Counted from the stretch's first letter, positions 36,878 through 51,309 are shown. The stretch: 64,000 bases of DNA from Chiloscyllium plagiosum (GCF_004010195.1 NC_057750.1:18638542-18702541), one strand, 5' to 3'. Notes: generated from the sequence alone by a model not told the origin. Made by a program: numbers and translations.

Positions 36878-37720
36878 TTTAGATTAAAGTGGTGCTGGAA
36901 AAGCAAAGCAGGTCAGGCAGCATTCAAGGAGCAGGAAAATTGACATTTCGGGCAAAAGCCCTTCATCAGGAACCTAATTGTCACCTTCCCAGTCCCTGGT
37001 ACTTTGGCTTGCTCAGTCCTAGCATCTCCCTGTATATCGCATATTAACTGCTGATCTCTAATCTCTTATCTTAATCAGTGCAGCTATTTTGTACAATTCT
37101 CTTACAAGTTATGTTACTCAGTCTTTCACTGGTTCTATCTCCTCATTTCCTGTCTTGATTTCCCCTGGCCATCTTATTACCTTTCCAGTCATTAACTCAT
37201 ATGGAAATAGAGTCAAGATTAGAGTGGTGCTGGAAAAGTACATTAGGTTAGGCAGCATCCGAGAAGCAGGAGAATTGATGTTTCGGGCAAAAGCCCTTCA
37301 TCAGGAATGAGGCTGGGAGCCTTGGGGGTGGAGACATAAATTGGAGGTGGGTGGGGCTAAGGACAAGGTAGCTGAGAGTAGAATAGGTGGATGGAGGTGG
37401 GGATGAAGTTGTTAGGTCAGAGAGGAGGATGGAGCAGATCGGTGGGAAGGACGATTGACAGGTCATGAGGATGGTGCTGAGTTGGAAGATTGGAACTGGG
37501 GTAAAATGAGGGTAGGGGAAAAGAGGAAATTTGTGAAGTCCACATTGATGCCATGGGGTTGAAGGGTCCCAAGGCGGAAGATGAGGTGTTCTTCCTCCAG
37601 TCGTCAGATGGTGAGGGAGTGGTGGTGGAGGAGGCCCAGGACCTGCATATCTTTGGCAGAGTGGGAGGGGGATTTAAAATGTTCGGCCACTGGGCGGTGG
37701 GGTTGATTGGTGTGGCCCAT
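36878..37720 (-). mobile_element. Two Penelope 3'-end fragments (36878-36972; 37205-37720) with hammerhead remnants
   Basis: Minus strand TTCCTGATGAAGGGCTTTTGCCCGAAA in both. Confidence 0.75.
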
Positions 37721-38964
37721 GCCTGAACACTACAGATGACACAGAATGTGAAATATTTGCTTTACAGCGATGTATTCACAAGCTTCATTGATCACTTTCC
37801 CTGTAGAATGTGCTCCTAATCTGCATATAGTTATTGTGGTATTCCCCACTGGGGAATCTCCTCTTCAGCTTTATTCAAGCAACGGTCACTGCTGCACAAT
37901 CTCAGGTGGGAAGCTCTTCTACCCCTTTAGAAAATTAATTGATTGACCATCAGCAGCAATGTGCACCATCTACAAGATGCACTGCAGAACTTCACCAATC
38001 ATTCTTATACAGCACCTTCCAAACTCACAACCACCTCTATCTAGAAAGACAAAGGGAGCAGATGCATGGGGACACCACCACCTGTAAGTTCCACTCCAAG
38101 CCAGTCACCATGCTGACTTGGAAATATGTTGTCATTTCTTTTATCGCTGGATAAAAATCCTGAAATTCCCTTATTAATGGTATTGTGAATCTACCTACAG
38201 CACATGGACTGCAGTGGTTCAAGAAGGCAGCTAACTGTCATCTTCTCTAGGGCAACTAGGGATGGGCAATAAATGCTGACCAGTCAGAATCTCCCATGTC
38301 CCTGAGTGAGTGCAAACAAAAACAATACTGTTTACTCCTATTTGTTGGGAGAAGTCCTGTGAAGTCAATCAATAACTCCTCCCACTACCGAATGTTTCTA
38401 AACAATTTGACCATACTTGCCGTCTGAGGCCCAGTTGCTGCAGCAGTCATTTTGAAACTTAGGCCAGTTGCTGCAATTACTAACTGACTTTTCTTCTCAT
38501 TGATTACCCAGTGCAATGGGGTCTGCCACCTTCTGGTGGGCTTTGACTTTTATTATTGCCATCTCCAGTGGTAGTTTTGCAGCTTCCACTAAATCCTTAA
38601 TTAGACCTGTCTGTTTTTTGTCATACCAATATTCATTACTTCATTCAGTTAATGTTCTCCTAAATATTTCAGTGTAATGACATATAGTATGAGCAAATCT
38701 GAACCCAACATTTTAATTTATTTCAAGTTTCCCTTGTGACTGGTGTTTAATGCCTTCATCATTGAATTTGAAGACAAATGTCTTCATCACTGAATCAAAT
38801 GAACTTAAAAGCTCCTGCAGTAGTCATGTTAACATTATAACTTTTTGATGGTTTTAAAGCCAGCTTCTTCATGGAGTATGTACCACTACTTCATCATTTA
38901 AATCATGTTTTGTTCCTCTTCAGATCAAAAGATCAAAATTTGGGGAGGACGTGTATCCTCCCCA

Positions 38965-39545
38965 TTTGGTCCTGAACAAGGATGTCTTGCTGCAATTACA
39001 CAGGGTATTGGTGAGGCCACACTTCGAATATTGTGTGCAGGTTTGGTCTCCTAATTTGAAGAATTTTCTTGCGACAGCAGGAGTGCAGTAAAGGCTTATC
39101 AAGTTGAATTCTGAGACGGGGGTAACTCAACTATGAGGAGAGATTTAATTGTATTCACTGGAGTTCAGAAGAATGAGGAGAGAGCTCACAGAAACCTATA
39201 AAATTCTGGAAGATTAGATGCAGGAAGGATTTTCCTAATACTGGGGGAGTTCAGAACTAGAGGTCATAGTTTAGGGGTTCCAGGTAAACCTTTTAGGTTT
39301 GAGATGAGGAGAAATTTCTTCATGAGAAGGGTGGCGAACCTATGGAATTCACCAGAATAGAAAGTGGTTGAGGGCTAAACATTATGTGTTTTTAAAAAGG
39401 GGGTAAATATAGCTGTTGTAGTCAAAAGGTACTGGGGAGGGCCAAATCAGGTTATTAAGCAGATGGTCAATTATGATCATGTTGGATGGCAGAGCAGGTT
39501 CAAGGGGTTGAATAGCCAACTTCTGCTCCTACCTTATACGTTTCT
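38965..39545 (+). mobile_element. CR1 LINE 3' fragment
   Basis: LVRPHFEYCVQVWSP-coding sequence and CR1 tail. Confidence 0.75.
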
Positions 39546-39944
39546 ATATTTTGCATGTTGGCTAAATCATCCAATTCAGTTCTCTTAAAACTTCCTGATC
39601 AAGTGCACAAAAGTCTTCAAGAGAAAGCTGTGAACTAATTTACTTCATCTACACTTTCTTTTGAAATTTAACAATTCCCAGGATGAGTTATTCACAGTTA
39701 ATGTTCATTTTCTTGTCACTATCTGATTAAAATATTCTCACAATATTCTTAAAACAGAAATCAAACATTACTATTTGATCAGAAAAATAAAAAAATAATT
39801 TTACAGTTGGGTCTCTCTGTTTACTAATGGAAAAAGGAACTTGCTACATTTCTTTAGCATTTTACTTCTCAAAATAGTCCAAATTCACAGTAACAAGTTC
39901 TCTTCAGAACTTATCATTTTGCTATAACTTCTAAAGTGTTGAAT

Positions 39945-40235
39945 TCAGAAGCAGACCATTCAGCCCATCAAGTCCACACCAACACTTTGGAAAGCATCCC
40001 ACTTCTCCCTCATCCCTGTAACCCTTCATTTCCCACCTAGCCTATGCATAATTTAGCATGGCATATAACCTGCACATCTTTGGACTGTGGGAGGAAACCA
40101 GAACGCTCAGAGAAAACCCACATAAACACAGGGAGAACATGCTAAATCCACACTGCCAGTCACAAAAGGCTGGATTCAAACCCAGGTCCCTGGTGCTTTG
40201 AGACAGCAGTGCTAACCACTGAGCCACCATGCTGC
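39945..40235 (-). mobile_element. HE1-type SINE
   Basis: Reverse complement of the HE1 head (cagcagtgctaaccactgagccacc). Confidence 0.8.
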
Positions 40236-41893
40236 TCTCTCATTTTTCAATATGGGTTTGATTAAATGTTTACCAAACTATTTAACTGTTTTGAGAACAA
40301 ACCAATTACAGTGCTTTAAGTGCACAAGATATTTTTTATTCCAAATTTTAAGTTCAAATTGGATGTCTTCCAAAATGAAGTAGTTTTTGTTGTGAAAACA
40401 AATTGAGGTTGTACAGCATAAGAACATGTTTTAAAATTAAAATTGAAAAATACAGTTTACATCATTTCCATAGATTTGAACAGATGCTTTGACTTCTTTC
40501 TAACTATGGTGTGGGTTACCGCGTTTTTGCATTACATTGTAGAGGGCATTTGAGATTCATTATCTGGGAGGCAGATGTCTTCTCCCCATTTTCTTTTGAG
40601 CTGTTCCTACCTTATCCTCACAAACACTAGCCTCAACTACTGACTTGCAGTTTCATGTGATATTAATATTAACATTAACACATCTGCACAATTGCAAACT
40701 TAAAGTTATGAATATTTCTGGTGTTTTGGGTACACCCATTACTTGGAGCTATCAGTTTTACAAATGATTGTTATTGGGCCATAAGCTTAACGTTTCCACA
40801 TGCCGGAGCGATTGCTGATTGTGCTTTATCATATGGACTAGCCCTGCCCCTCTGTGCTCACCTGTTTTCACTATTGGCTATAACTATCAGCTATCTCCTG
40901 CCTAAGATCTTTCCTTTGTTTATTTGACCAGTTTTAAATATACTGTAGACTAGTAATGATTATCATTCCTTTATTCTCTTGTTTCTTGTTTTGACCGACC
41001 CACCAGCACTTTGTTCTGCGGGAATGTTATGTGGTTCCCAACCATTCACTGAATTTTCTCAACTAATTTTGCCTGCTCCTCTGTTATGAACCTTGTGTGT
41101 CTTCAGGTCCCCAGTCAAAGTTCATAATGCTTTCCTCTCTATTTCCACGGCATTCTCCTACTGTCCCTGTGCAGTCTGTTCTCAAATCTACATGGCTCCC
41201 ATTATATTGTTTAAGACAGGTTTCCTTGCCTACACTTGTGTGGCTTTCCTGAATTTGCCCAGCCCCAGTGCAGTTACTTCAGTGGAGATATGGCGTACTC
41301 TATCTTTGACCTCAATACGGCTACTACTGCACAGATCAGATCGAGCACCAGTGCGGCATGTCCTGCTTGTATTTGGCTTCTCTCACTCCCTTGGCCAGCG
41401 TAGATTTTTTTGAATGGATTTGGCCTAGCCTCCATCAGCTTCCCTAGATGCCTATTGTCCCTAGTTTTCCTTCAGAGTCTTTGAGATTCTGTTAATACTC
41501 AACCATAATGTTCCGAGACTCACTGCACTAATTATAGGTTGTGAATAAAACACAATCATCCCTTTTTTGCAATCTGACATGGGTATTCTGTTTCCAACAT
41601 CAATTGTTATGGCAGATTATTTTGCAGAATAATCTCTGGAGCCTCAAGGTGTAAATCAATAATTGTTTATTGATCCAATGTTGGGAGAGTGTACCCCAGG
41701 AAAGTTTCCAAGATAACACTCTAACTCAATTATCAGATATTTATACCTTGTGAGTTAAGCAGGTAGTACATTAATCAAGTTGCAAAGTGGTATCTTTTAG
41801 ACACATTCTGAAAGTGTCATAGTACCTGTTATCCCTGATCTCACCACTCCCTATCTCCCCAGGTGTCATCCAATTTCATCCAATCGCCATTGT

Positions 41894-42210
41894 GGGCGGC
41901 GCGGTGGCACAGTGGTTAGCACTGCTGCCTCACAGCGCCTGAGACCCGGGTTCACTTCCCGCCTCAGGCGACTGACTGTGTGGAGTTTGCACGTTCTCCC
42001 CGTGTCTGCGTGGGTTTCCTCCGGGTGCTCCGGTTTCCTCCCACAGTCACAAAGATGTGCAGGGTCAGGTGAATTGGCCATGCTAAATTGCCCGTAGTGT
42101 TAGGTAACGGGTAAATGTAGGGGTATGGGTGGGTTTCGCTTTGGCGGGTCGGTGTGGACTTGTTGGGCCGAAGGGCCTGTTTCCACACTGTAATGTAATC
42201 TAATCTAATT
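41894..42210 (+). mobile_element. Young HE1 SINE
   Basis: CpG-retaining gggcggcgcggtggcacagtggttagcactgctgcctcacagcgcc head and taatctaatcta tail. Confidence 0.9.
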
Positions 42211-42688
42211 GCTTTGTCTTTCTCGATGTGGATGGAGTCGCCATCATATTCCATTTCTAAATAAGGCTTCAGAATTAATGTTGATTCAACCAGGTTGCAT
42301 TTTCACAGAAACTCTGCTTGTTTGCTGCATCAGCAACTGAGCATATTTTTTTGCAATTTAACTTTTCTTTTAATCTGACTACTTTCTTTAATAAGAATAA
42401 ATGAAAATGAATCTTCAATGAGATCTATGATTATTGCTCATGAAGTTAAATAAGCTCTCCACCTAATTCTAATACCAGATGGAACTTCATGTGGATTCAT
42501 TCATGTCATACCCAAATTTCCCTCAACGTTGAATCATTGAATATGATAAATTTTAGAGACTTTTTCGGTTCTGAAGGTTTCTATCAGTCTCTGATTCTGT
42601 GATAAGCAGAGATACATCATCAGCTTTGATTAGAGATCGAAGACATGAAAAATGTTAACATTGTTTCTCTATCCAAACATTATTCCTG

Positions 42689-42820
42689 ATCAGGCAAAAG
42701 TGAGGACTGCAGATGCTGGAAACCAGAGTTTAGATCAGAGTGGTGCTAGAAAAGCGCAGTAGGTGCTTTTCCAGCATCCGAGGAGCAGGAAAATCGACGT
42801 TTCGGACAAAAGCCCTTCAT
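42689..42820 (-). mobile_element. Short Penelope-derived insert with 11-bp TSD
   Basis: TSD cattattcctg at 42678-88 and 42821-31; ends inside the hammerhead core. Confidence 0.8.
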
Positions 42821-42936
42821 CATTATTCCTGCCCAGCTGAGTGGTTCTAGCATGTGTTTTTTTATTTTATTCCCTACAACTCCTTGTTTAACATTCAGTC
42901 TGCCAGCTTCAATACCATGCTCCTACTGACTCTTTT

Positions 42937-45900
42937 GTGGATAGATGGCCCTGGGCCTGACTGACTAGGCCCGAAATCAGAATATGCAGCCTTTGAACAG
43001 CTAAACCCAGGAAATCTTTCAGGACAAGTCTAGCGCAAAGCGTTCGCACAAATCAAAGGCAGGAAGGACAAATCTGGACTTGTCTTAGAGTGTTAGGCTG
43101 GTTTGTGCACTGAACTGCAGTGAGTAGATGGTTCCCACCATGACCATGTATGGAGAGGGGGATGTGCCCTTGACACATTGGAGGATGGATATTGGGATCC
43201 TATTGGAAAACACTTGGAAAAAGAGAAAAGGCAATGATGTGTGAGATGAACCTTTGCCAAGTTCACAGAGCCTGGTCAAGTTTAACTGCATGGATAATAC
43301 CTGTCCTAGTCTGGTAGTCTGCTGTAGTTTAGATAAAGATTGTGATAACGCTGAATATTACTAAAATCCTGCTCTTTTATGATAAAACTGCAAACCTTAG
43401 ATTAATTACTCTAACAATCTCAATGTTAAAATTTGGGAGTTTTATTGCAAAAGTTTTAGTTAGTATTCAACTATAAGGCCCATTTTTGCCTTTAGTATAT
43501 TTGTGAATGAAATTGCATTGAAGTACAAGTTGATCTTAACTCTTTTGTTCGTCTTACAAACTTTGCACATCAGCAAAATGAACTTAGCAAGAAACTGGTT
43601 GAAGTGTCCAAAACACAGACACTGTTTGCATCCCTGGATAGTCTCTGATAAGAAGTGTCCAATGATTACTATTCAATTGAAGCCCAACAGCTTTGTATTC
43701 CAGTCTGAGTCTGAATTAAAATAAAGCTACCTTGCCTGATGGCCAGCATTCAAGTGGGCGAATGTGGATAGACGTGACTGACAAACAATTATATTAAATG
43801 CCGGGACAGTGGAGTGAAACAAATAAAACAGCAGGGTTTTGAAGGTAAGGAAATCAAGGAGGAAGGGTAAACTCTGCAAGTCAGCCTTAAGGGTACAAGT
43901 CACTCACCTCTGGCATCTGAAGGACTGGGTGGGAATTTAATGTAAGCCAGAAGCCTACCTCTTGAACATACCCTAGAAAATGGAAGATCAGAACAATGGC
44001 AGGTTGCTCAGAGTGGGTGAAAACCCTAATAATATCAGAATAGGAATTAGTCCAAGTGGGTTAAATGCTGGAAAGTGAGGTTAGATGCTGCCAAGTTGAT
44101 TTTGTGTGGATCAGCGGGAGTTCTCACAACCCTGAAACTGTCCCAAAATATTGAAATGGCTGGCCTACCTACAAAAAATCTATTTCATGCTGATTCACAG
44201 GGCACTTACAGGAGGGATCAGAAACTGACCCATGAAGATTCACATTGGAAAACGTTACCTGCCTTTAACCAGCCATATTTGTTGATTTCCACTGAGCAAT
44301 GAAACACATCCTGGGCTTTGATTTTATGTGGAAATGCAAAGTATTGTTTGACACTCTAAAACTGCCACATATGGCAAATGCCTACTACAAACGAGACCCT
44401 AATAGAAGGCTCCATGCGGAGATATGTGGTCAGAATTTGCACCCTAGGAGAATTGTGCTTTAAGCCCACGGAAATGACTGGTGTCCCAGAGGCAAGGCAC
44501 ACTCAATCCTTCACTGACCACAAACATGACTGCGGTGGAATGACAGGGAAGGTAGTTGGGTGGCATGGTGGCTCAGTGGTTAACACTGCTGCCTCGCAGT
44601 ACAGGGACCCGGATTCGATTCCATTCTCAGATGACTGTCTGTGTGGAGTTTGCAGATTCTCTCTGTGTCTGCATGGGTTTCCTCCAGGTGCTCCAGTTTC
44701 CTTCCACAATCCAAAGATGTTCAGATTAGGTGAATCAGTCATACTAAATTGCCCACAGTGTTCAGGGATTATGTGGGTTAGGTGCATTAGTCAGGGGTAA
44801 ATGAAGAGTAATAGGGTCTGGATGGGTTACTCTTTTGAGGATCAGTGTGGACTTGTTGGACTGAATGGCCTGTTTCCACACTGTAGAGATCCTACCAGCA
44901 TTATAGATGGTCCTAACCTGAAAGTATAGAAGCAATATTGTTCCCCAAGCAGGCTGAGGGGGAGGTTGTCAAGATCATAAACAGTCTCATAAAACAAGGG
45001 GCCCTGTGCCAGTCAACCAAAAATTCTCTAGTTAGTTCAGTTAAGAAGCAGGATGCCTCATGGAGGCTAATGATTGACAAAAAAAGCATCCATCTTAGCA
45101 CCAACGGTCGTGATGACGTTCAAAGCCACGATGAAACAAGACCCACAGCTATGCTGGACACCAGCAATGGATGTTGATCTATTTTCCTCAGAAAGCAGTG
45201 CCGGTACAAGTTAGCATTCACTTTTAAGGGTCAACAGTACACATAGAGTCATACACTGATACAGCATAGAAACAGATCTTCTGTCAATGCCAAACATAAA
45301 ACATAAACAAAGGTTCCACATTGCATATCAGTCCCATCCAGTGGGATAATGGAAAGAATGAACCTCATCCTTAAAGGGGGTACTTAGAAAGGTCCTCTAA
45401 CAGATCAGCATCACCTGGAACATAATTTTACCCTTTGCATTGACGCTGGTGAGAAACACAATCTCAAGCTCCACAAGATTCACTCCCCATATCTGATGTC
45501 CAGACAGCACATGATGAGCATTGAATCCATGTGGGTATGAATTTGTCTGAAACAAAAGCAGAAACTGCTGGGAAAGTTCAGCAGGTCTGCCAGTGGCTAT
45601 TAGGATGGGTCAGAAAAAGAGACAAAGTAAATGCCTCCTTTGATCCACCGGCTAAGAATTGTTCACATAGCAATCCTCTTGTCTTTTCATGCCGAGTTGC
45701 TCCTGGTTCTGCAGATCTCTGATAGCCTCTGCAACGCTTTTCTTTTCATCCAGGGAGTTTACTTTCAAAATCTCACAATACTCTATAAAGCCTGCGTTTG
45801 ACCCCACATGTGTTCGTATGTCAAAATTTAGTCAAAGTTCAGTCTAGGATTCATAATTGAAAAAATAATCAACTATTAATAACAGAAGAGAATTGAGGAA

Positions 45901-47280
45901 GAGAGCACATCTGGGGATACCAGATATTGAATTGAGTCAGAAATACATGCCAACTTGATCTTTTTTATCTGGAATGTACGCACATGCAAGGGGCATTGTA
46001 ACGATCACCATTCATCTTTTGAAAGCACTTGTTTACCCAGGATATGTGTGATTCTCCCACCAGACCTGGGCAAGTGTGAGGATGGTGTTCTGCCCGTATA
46101 ACCCAATAAAACCATGACATTCAAGTGTGGGGTACAAAAGGACAAATGGCAATTTGAACTATTGTTATCAAAGTGTGGAACCCAGTGGTGATTGATGGGG
46201 ATTCTCCAATAAACTCTCCCAACAACTGAATGTCAAAACTATAATAAGTAGGAGAGAAAAAAGGAGACTGCTCACAGACCTAAAATATGTGCTGACCATT
46301 TGCCAACCAGCACATGCTAATCATACATTTACTGACAATGTATTTATTTGTTCAAATTTACATTTATATATTTTGTTACTCTATAGTTTATGGAGTTAAA
46401 TAGTTGAAGCTTTCAGCCCAGAACCTAGGTGTCCCTCAGTAGTAGAGCAAGACCAGAGTTGCGTGAGTCTATTTTATTACACACTTTTGGATTAAGTGGA
46501 CCATCTGTTGCCAGATAGCCTGAATATTTAGGCCCGAAACCAGAATGGGCAACCTTTGCAGCCAGGCTAGATGGGACTTTCAGGACGGATCAATATCGGA
46601 AAGATGTTGTGAAACTTGAAAGGGTTCAGAAAAGATTTACTAGGATGTTGCCAGGGTTGGAGGATTTGAGCTGTAGGGAGAGGCTGAACAGGCTGGGGCT
46701 GTTTTCCCTGGAGCGCCAGAGGCTGTGGGGTGACCTTATAGAGGTTTACAAAATTATGAGGGGCATGGATAGGATAAATAGACAAAGTCTTTTCCCTGGA
46801 GTCAGGGAGTCCAGAACTAGGGGGCATAGGTTTAGGGTGAGAGGGGAAACATATAAAAAAGACCTAAGGGGCAACTTTTTCACACAGAGGGTGGTACTTG
46901 TATGGAATGAGCTGCCAGAGGATGTGGTGGAGGCTGGCACAATTGCAACATTTAAAAGGCATTTGGATGGGTATAGGAATAGGAAGGGTTTGGAGAGATA
47001 TGTGCCAGATGCTGGCAGGTGGGACTAGATTGGGTTGGGATATCTGGTCGGCATGGACAGGTTGGACCGAAGGGTCTGTTTCCATGCTGTACATCTCTAT
47101 GACTCTATTACTATCTGCACAAGACAAAGGCAGGTAAGGACAAGCCTGAACTCACTCTGGGAATCAAGGCTGGTTTGTATTTTGGAATATTGCAAGTAGA
47201 CTTGCTGGAGCCCTGGGTTCCCACCATGACCATGGGGGGCATATCCTTGATACATTGGAGGATAGATATTGGATGCCATG
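42937..47280 (+). mobile_element. Old, internally deleted LTR retroelement with diverged LTRs (about 42937-43205 and 46495-47280)
   Basis: Diverged direct repeats (taggcccgaaa..cagaat, ggttcccaccatgaccatg, acattggaggat.gatattgg); RT remnant VKKQDASWRLMID; integrase remnant FHIAY...ERMN. Contains an HE1 SINE at about 44560-44892. Confidence 0.6.
46592..47107 (+). mobile_element. Young CR1/HER1 3' end inserted into the right LTR
   Basis: ORF 46609-47028 LERVQKRFTRMLPGLEDLS...WNELPEDVVEAG. Confidence 0.9.
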
Positions 47281-47637
47281 ACCTTAATATATAAGATCCA
47301 TTGGCTGAAGGCCAGAGAACATTCCAGTCCAACATGACGGTGGAATAGGTCTCCTGTGCCAGAGCGCACTCATCCACTTTCACCACTTTTCTTTTTTGTT
47401 TCTTCCCCTCTCCTTTCTTCTATTGACTTACTTACCGTATCCGAAGCTTGGATTGCATTGGCAGCGATAGCCCAGTGCACAGACCTCGAGTGGATCCAGG
47501 GCGCAGACCTCCATCAGTCTTGAGCTGGATCATGGACTTTGGGTGGGCTTACCATGGACCTTGAGCAGGCCCAGCATGGACGACAGGTCGGCCTTACTTA
47601 CTTTTCTGCAGCAAGCACAGGACCTGGAATTGGCAGC

Positions 47638-48515
47638 TAGAACATAGAATAATATAACACAGAACAGGCCCTTCGGCCCATGATGTTGTGCCGAACATTT
47701 GTCCTAGCTTAAGCACCTATCCGTGTATCTATCCAATTGCTGCTTAAAGGTCACCAATGATTCTGACTCTGCCACTCCCACAGGCAGCGCATTCCATGAC
47801 CCCACCACTCTCTGGGTAAAGAACCTACTCCTGACATCCCCCCTATACCTTCCACCCTTCACCTTAAATTTATGTCCCCTTGTAACACTCTGTTGTACCC
47901 AGGGTAAAAGTCTCTGACTGTCTACTCTATCTATTCCCCTGATCATCTTATAAACCTCTATCAAGTCACCCCTCATCCTTCGCCGTTCCAATGAGAAAAG
48001 GCCTAGCACTCTCAACCTATCCTCGTACGACTTATTCTCCATCCTGGTAAATCTCCTCTGCACCCTCTCCAAAGTTTTCACATCTTTCCTAAACTGAGGC
48101 GACCAGAACTGCACACAGTACTCCAAATATGGCCTTACCAAGGTCCTGTACAGCTGCAACATCACCTCACGACTCTTGAATTCAATCCCTCTGCTAATGA
48201 ACGCTAATACACCATAGGACATCTTACAAGCTCTATCCACCCTCACTATCCACAACTCCACCAATCTTCGTATCATCTGCAAATTTACTGACCCACCCTT
48301 CGACTCCCTCTTCCAAGTCATTAATAAAAATTACAAACTGTAAAGGACCCAGAACTGATCCCTGCAGAACTCCACTTGTAACTGGGCTCCAGGCTGAATA
48401 TTTACCATCTACCACCACTCTCTGACTTCGACCAGTTAGCCAGTTCTCTATCCAAATGGCCAAATTTCCCACTATCCCATGCTTCCTGACTTTCCGCATA
48501 AGTCTACCATGGGGC
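47638..48515 (-). mobile_element. CR1 LINE RT/C-terminal fragment
   Basis: [11 protein letters not shown]...[11 protein letters not shown]; YRTLVRPYLEYCVQFWSP. Confidence 0.9.
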
Positions 48516-49074
48516 TACTACATCGGTAGAGGCAAGTTCAGTGAGATAGGCCCAGTGGCAAAAAATGGCACCTGAAGATCAGTGACTTCATTGTTGGTTG
48601 GATCCAACAGTGGTGGCGATGAAGCAATGGTGGAAAGGCACCATGACAATATCAATAAGGGAGACCCAGTGGCAAGAGATGCGCCTTGTATGTTGGTGGA
48701 TCCGATGCAGGCAGCAATGAGATGACAGCAGAAGAGTATCAGGCTAGCAGCAAAGATGGTACCTGAGGTTCAATGACTTTGATGTTGGTTGGGTTCAATG
48801 TACATGGCCGCAAAGTGGTTGTGGAGGGATGGCGGTGCAGGCATCATTGATTGAAATGAACTGGTGCAGGACTGATGGACTCTTTTTAAGCTACATCATT
48901 CTTTCATTTTCCGTATTTTAAATTATTCAGAAAAGTGCCATTTTGCAGTGACAAATTGAAAAATACACGTGACAGTAAATTCAAAATCAAAATTCTGTGT
49001 CTGTCTGTCACGTTAGTCTAGACCCACAGCAAAGTGGATGGCTCGTAACTGCCCTCTCACATGGCCTAGTACGC

Positions 49075-50430
49075 CGTTCATAGAGTCATAGATTCCTAGA
49101 GGCATACAGCATAATAACAGGCCCTTTGGCCCAACTCAACCAGATTTCCTAAAATGTCCTATTTGCCTGTGTTTGGTACATATCTCTCCAAACCTTTCCT
49201 ATTGACGTCTCGGTCCAATTGTCTTTTAAATGTTATAATTGTACCAACTCCAGTACTTACGCAGGCAGCTTGTTCCACATATGCACCACCCTCGGTGTGA
49301 AAAATTTTCCAATCAGTTCTCTTAAATTTTTCCCCATTCACCTTAAATCTTTGCTCTCTAGTTTGAGACTCCTTTACTCTGGATAAAAGACGTTAGCTAC
49401 TCACTTTATCTGTGCCCTTCATGATTTTATAAATTACTATAAATTTTAGCCTCCTACATTCTAAGGGAAAAAAAGTCCCAATCTATGCAGCCTCGTCTTA
49501 TAACTCAAACATTTTTAGTCTTGGTAAATCTTTGTAAATCTTTGTAAATCTTGCATCCTTTCCAGTTTAATAACATCCTTCCTATAGCAGGATGACCAGA
49601 ATTTCATGCAGTACTCCAAATGTGTCCTCATTAATGTTTTGTACAGTTGTAACACAATGTCACAACTCCTGCACTCAATGTCCTGACCGATGAGCATGCC
49701 AAATGCCTACTTCACCACCCTTGTCTACCTGTGATATCACCTTCAAGGAACTATAGATCTCTACATTTGAAAGCAGTACCCAGGGCCCTATCATTAACTG
49801 TGCAAGTCCTACCCTGATTTGACTTACCAAAATGCCAAGATCACATTTATCGGAATTAAACTCCATGTGCCTCTGCTCGGCCCACTGGCCCAGCTGATCA
49901 AGATCCTAACGTATTCTGAGATAACCTTTTTCACTGTCCACAATATCACCAACTTTTGTGCCATCCACAAGCCTACTAAACATGCTTCCTATATTGTCAT
50001 CCAAATCTTTTATACAAATGATGCACAACAGTGGACCCAGCACCGATCTTTGCGGCACGTCGCTGGTCGCAGACCTCCAGTCTGAACAACAACCCTTTAC
50101 CACTAGTCTCTATCTCCTACCGTCAAGCCTTATTTTTATCCGATTGGCTAGCTCTCCATGGATCCCACGTGATCTAACCTTACCAATCAGTCTGCCATGT
50201 GGAAACTTGTTGAAGGCAGTGCCAAAGTCCTTAAACATTGTCTAACACTCTGCCATCATTTATTTTCTTGATCAGCTCTTCAAAAAAAATCAATCAAATT
50301 TCTGAGACATGATTTCCCATGTACAAAGCCATGCTGATGATCCCTAATCAGTCTTGCCAATCCAAATGTATGTAAGTCCCATCTCTCAGAACCCCCACCA
50401 ATAACTTACTCACCACTGATGTTCATGTAA
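49075..50430 (-). mobile_element. CR1 LINE fragment
   Basis: SDVPQRSVLGP; LYKTLMRTHLEYCMKFWS. Confidence 0.85.
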
Positions 50431-50595
50431 TTCAGTTGTATCAGTTATGAGGAAGAAATTAAACCAGATGGACCACCTGGCATCAACCTAGGCACCAGAG
50501 AGGACAATGGCAGAAACAGCTCTGCTGACACTGCAAAGTCCTCTTCAGTCACATCTTGGAGTTAGTGCCAAAATTCGGACAGCTGTGTTACAAAC

Positions 50596-50692
50596 GATTC
50601 TCCTTCTCCTTTGATGCTGCCTGACCTGCTGCGCTTTTCCAGCAACTCATTTTTAAGCTCTGATCTCCAGCATCTGCAGTCCTCACTTTCTC
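50596..50692 (+). mobile_element. Short Penelope-derived insert with 13-bp TSD
   Basis: TSD ctgtgttacaaac at 50583-95 and 50693-705. Confidence 0.8.
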
Positions 50693-51309
50693 CTGTGTTA
50701 CAAACTAGTCAAGCAACAGCCTGACATAGTTATATTCACAGAATTATTCCTCTCAGTCAAAGAATTATAGAACCCCTACAATGGGGAAGCAGGCCATCCA
50801 GCCCATTGAGCCCAGAATGACCTTCTGAACAGCATCCCACCCGGATTCACCTCCCTCCCTCCACCCTATCCCTGTAACTTACATTGCCAATGGCTAATCC
50901 ACCTAACAGTTCTGAGGAAGGTTCACCAGATGTGAAACATTAATCTTGATTTCTCTGCACAGATGTTGTCAGACCTGCTGAGCTTTCCCAGCAACCTCTA
51001 TTTTTGTTGGTCATGAATGATGGTGGACAATTACATAACTCTAAAATAAAACTAGAAAGGCATGTCGGTGAGAGGTGGCCACATCCAGGCTGCTTCCATT
51101 GTACCAAATTTTTAAAAAAAGCACAGGGCCTCACTAATTGTTCACTTTCTTCGAGACAATCCTGCACTTCTGCCTAACAACCACTCTTCAAAAAATACCA
51201 GAACAAACTAACCTGTTAGAGTGACAGCATTGTCTCAAAATATGAAAGGCAACAAACAAGATTAATCTATATTTAGACACTAAAATTCTACACAAAGGAA
51301 ACTATCACT

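Noticed and set aside
43909-43917. 9-nt micro-exon (cag|ATGCCAGAG|gtgagt), and similar splice-like sites at about 34255 and 47435
   Set aside because: All lie within TE remnants and have no coherent partner exons.
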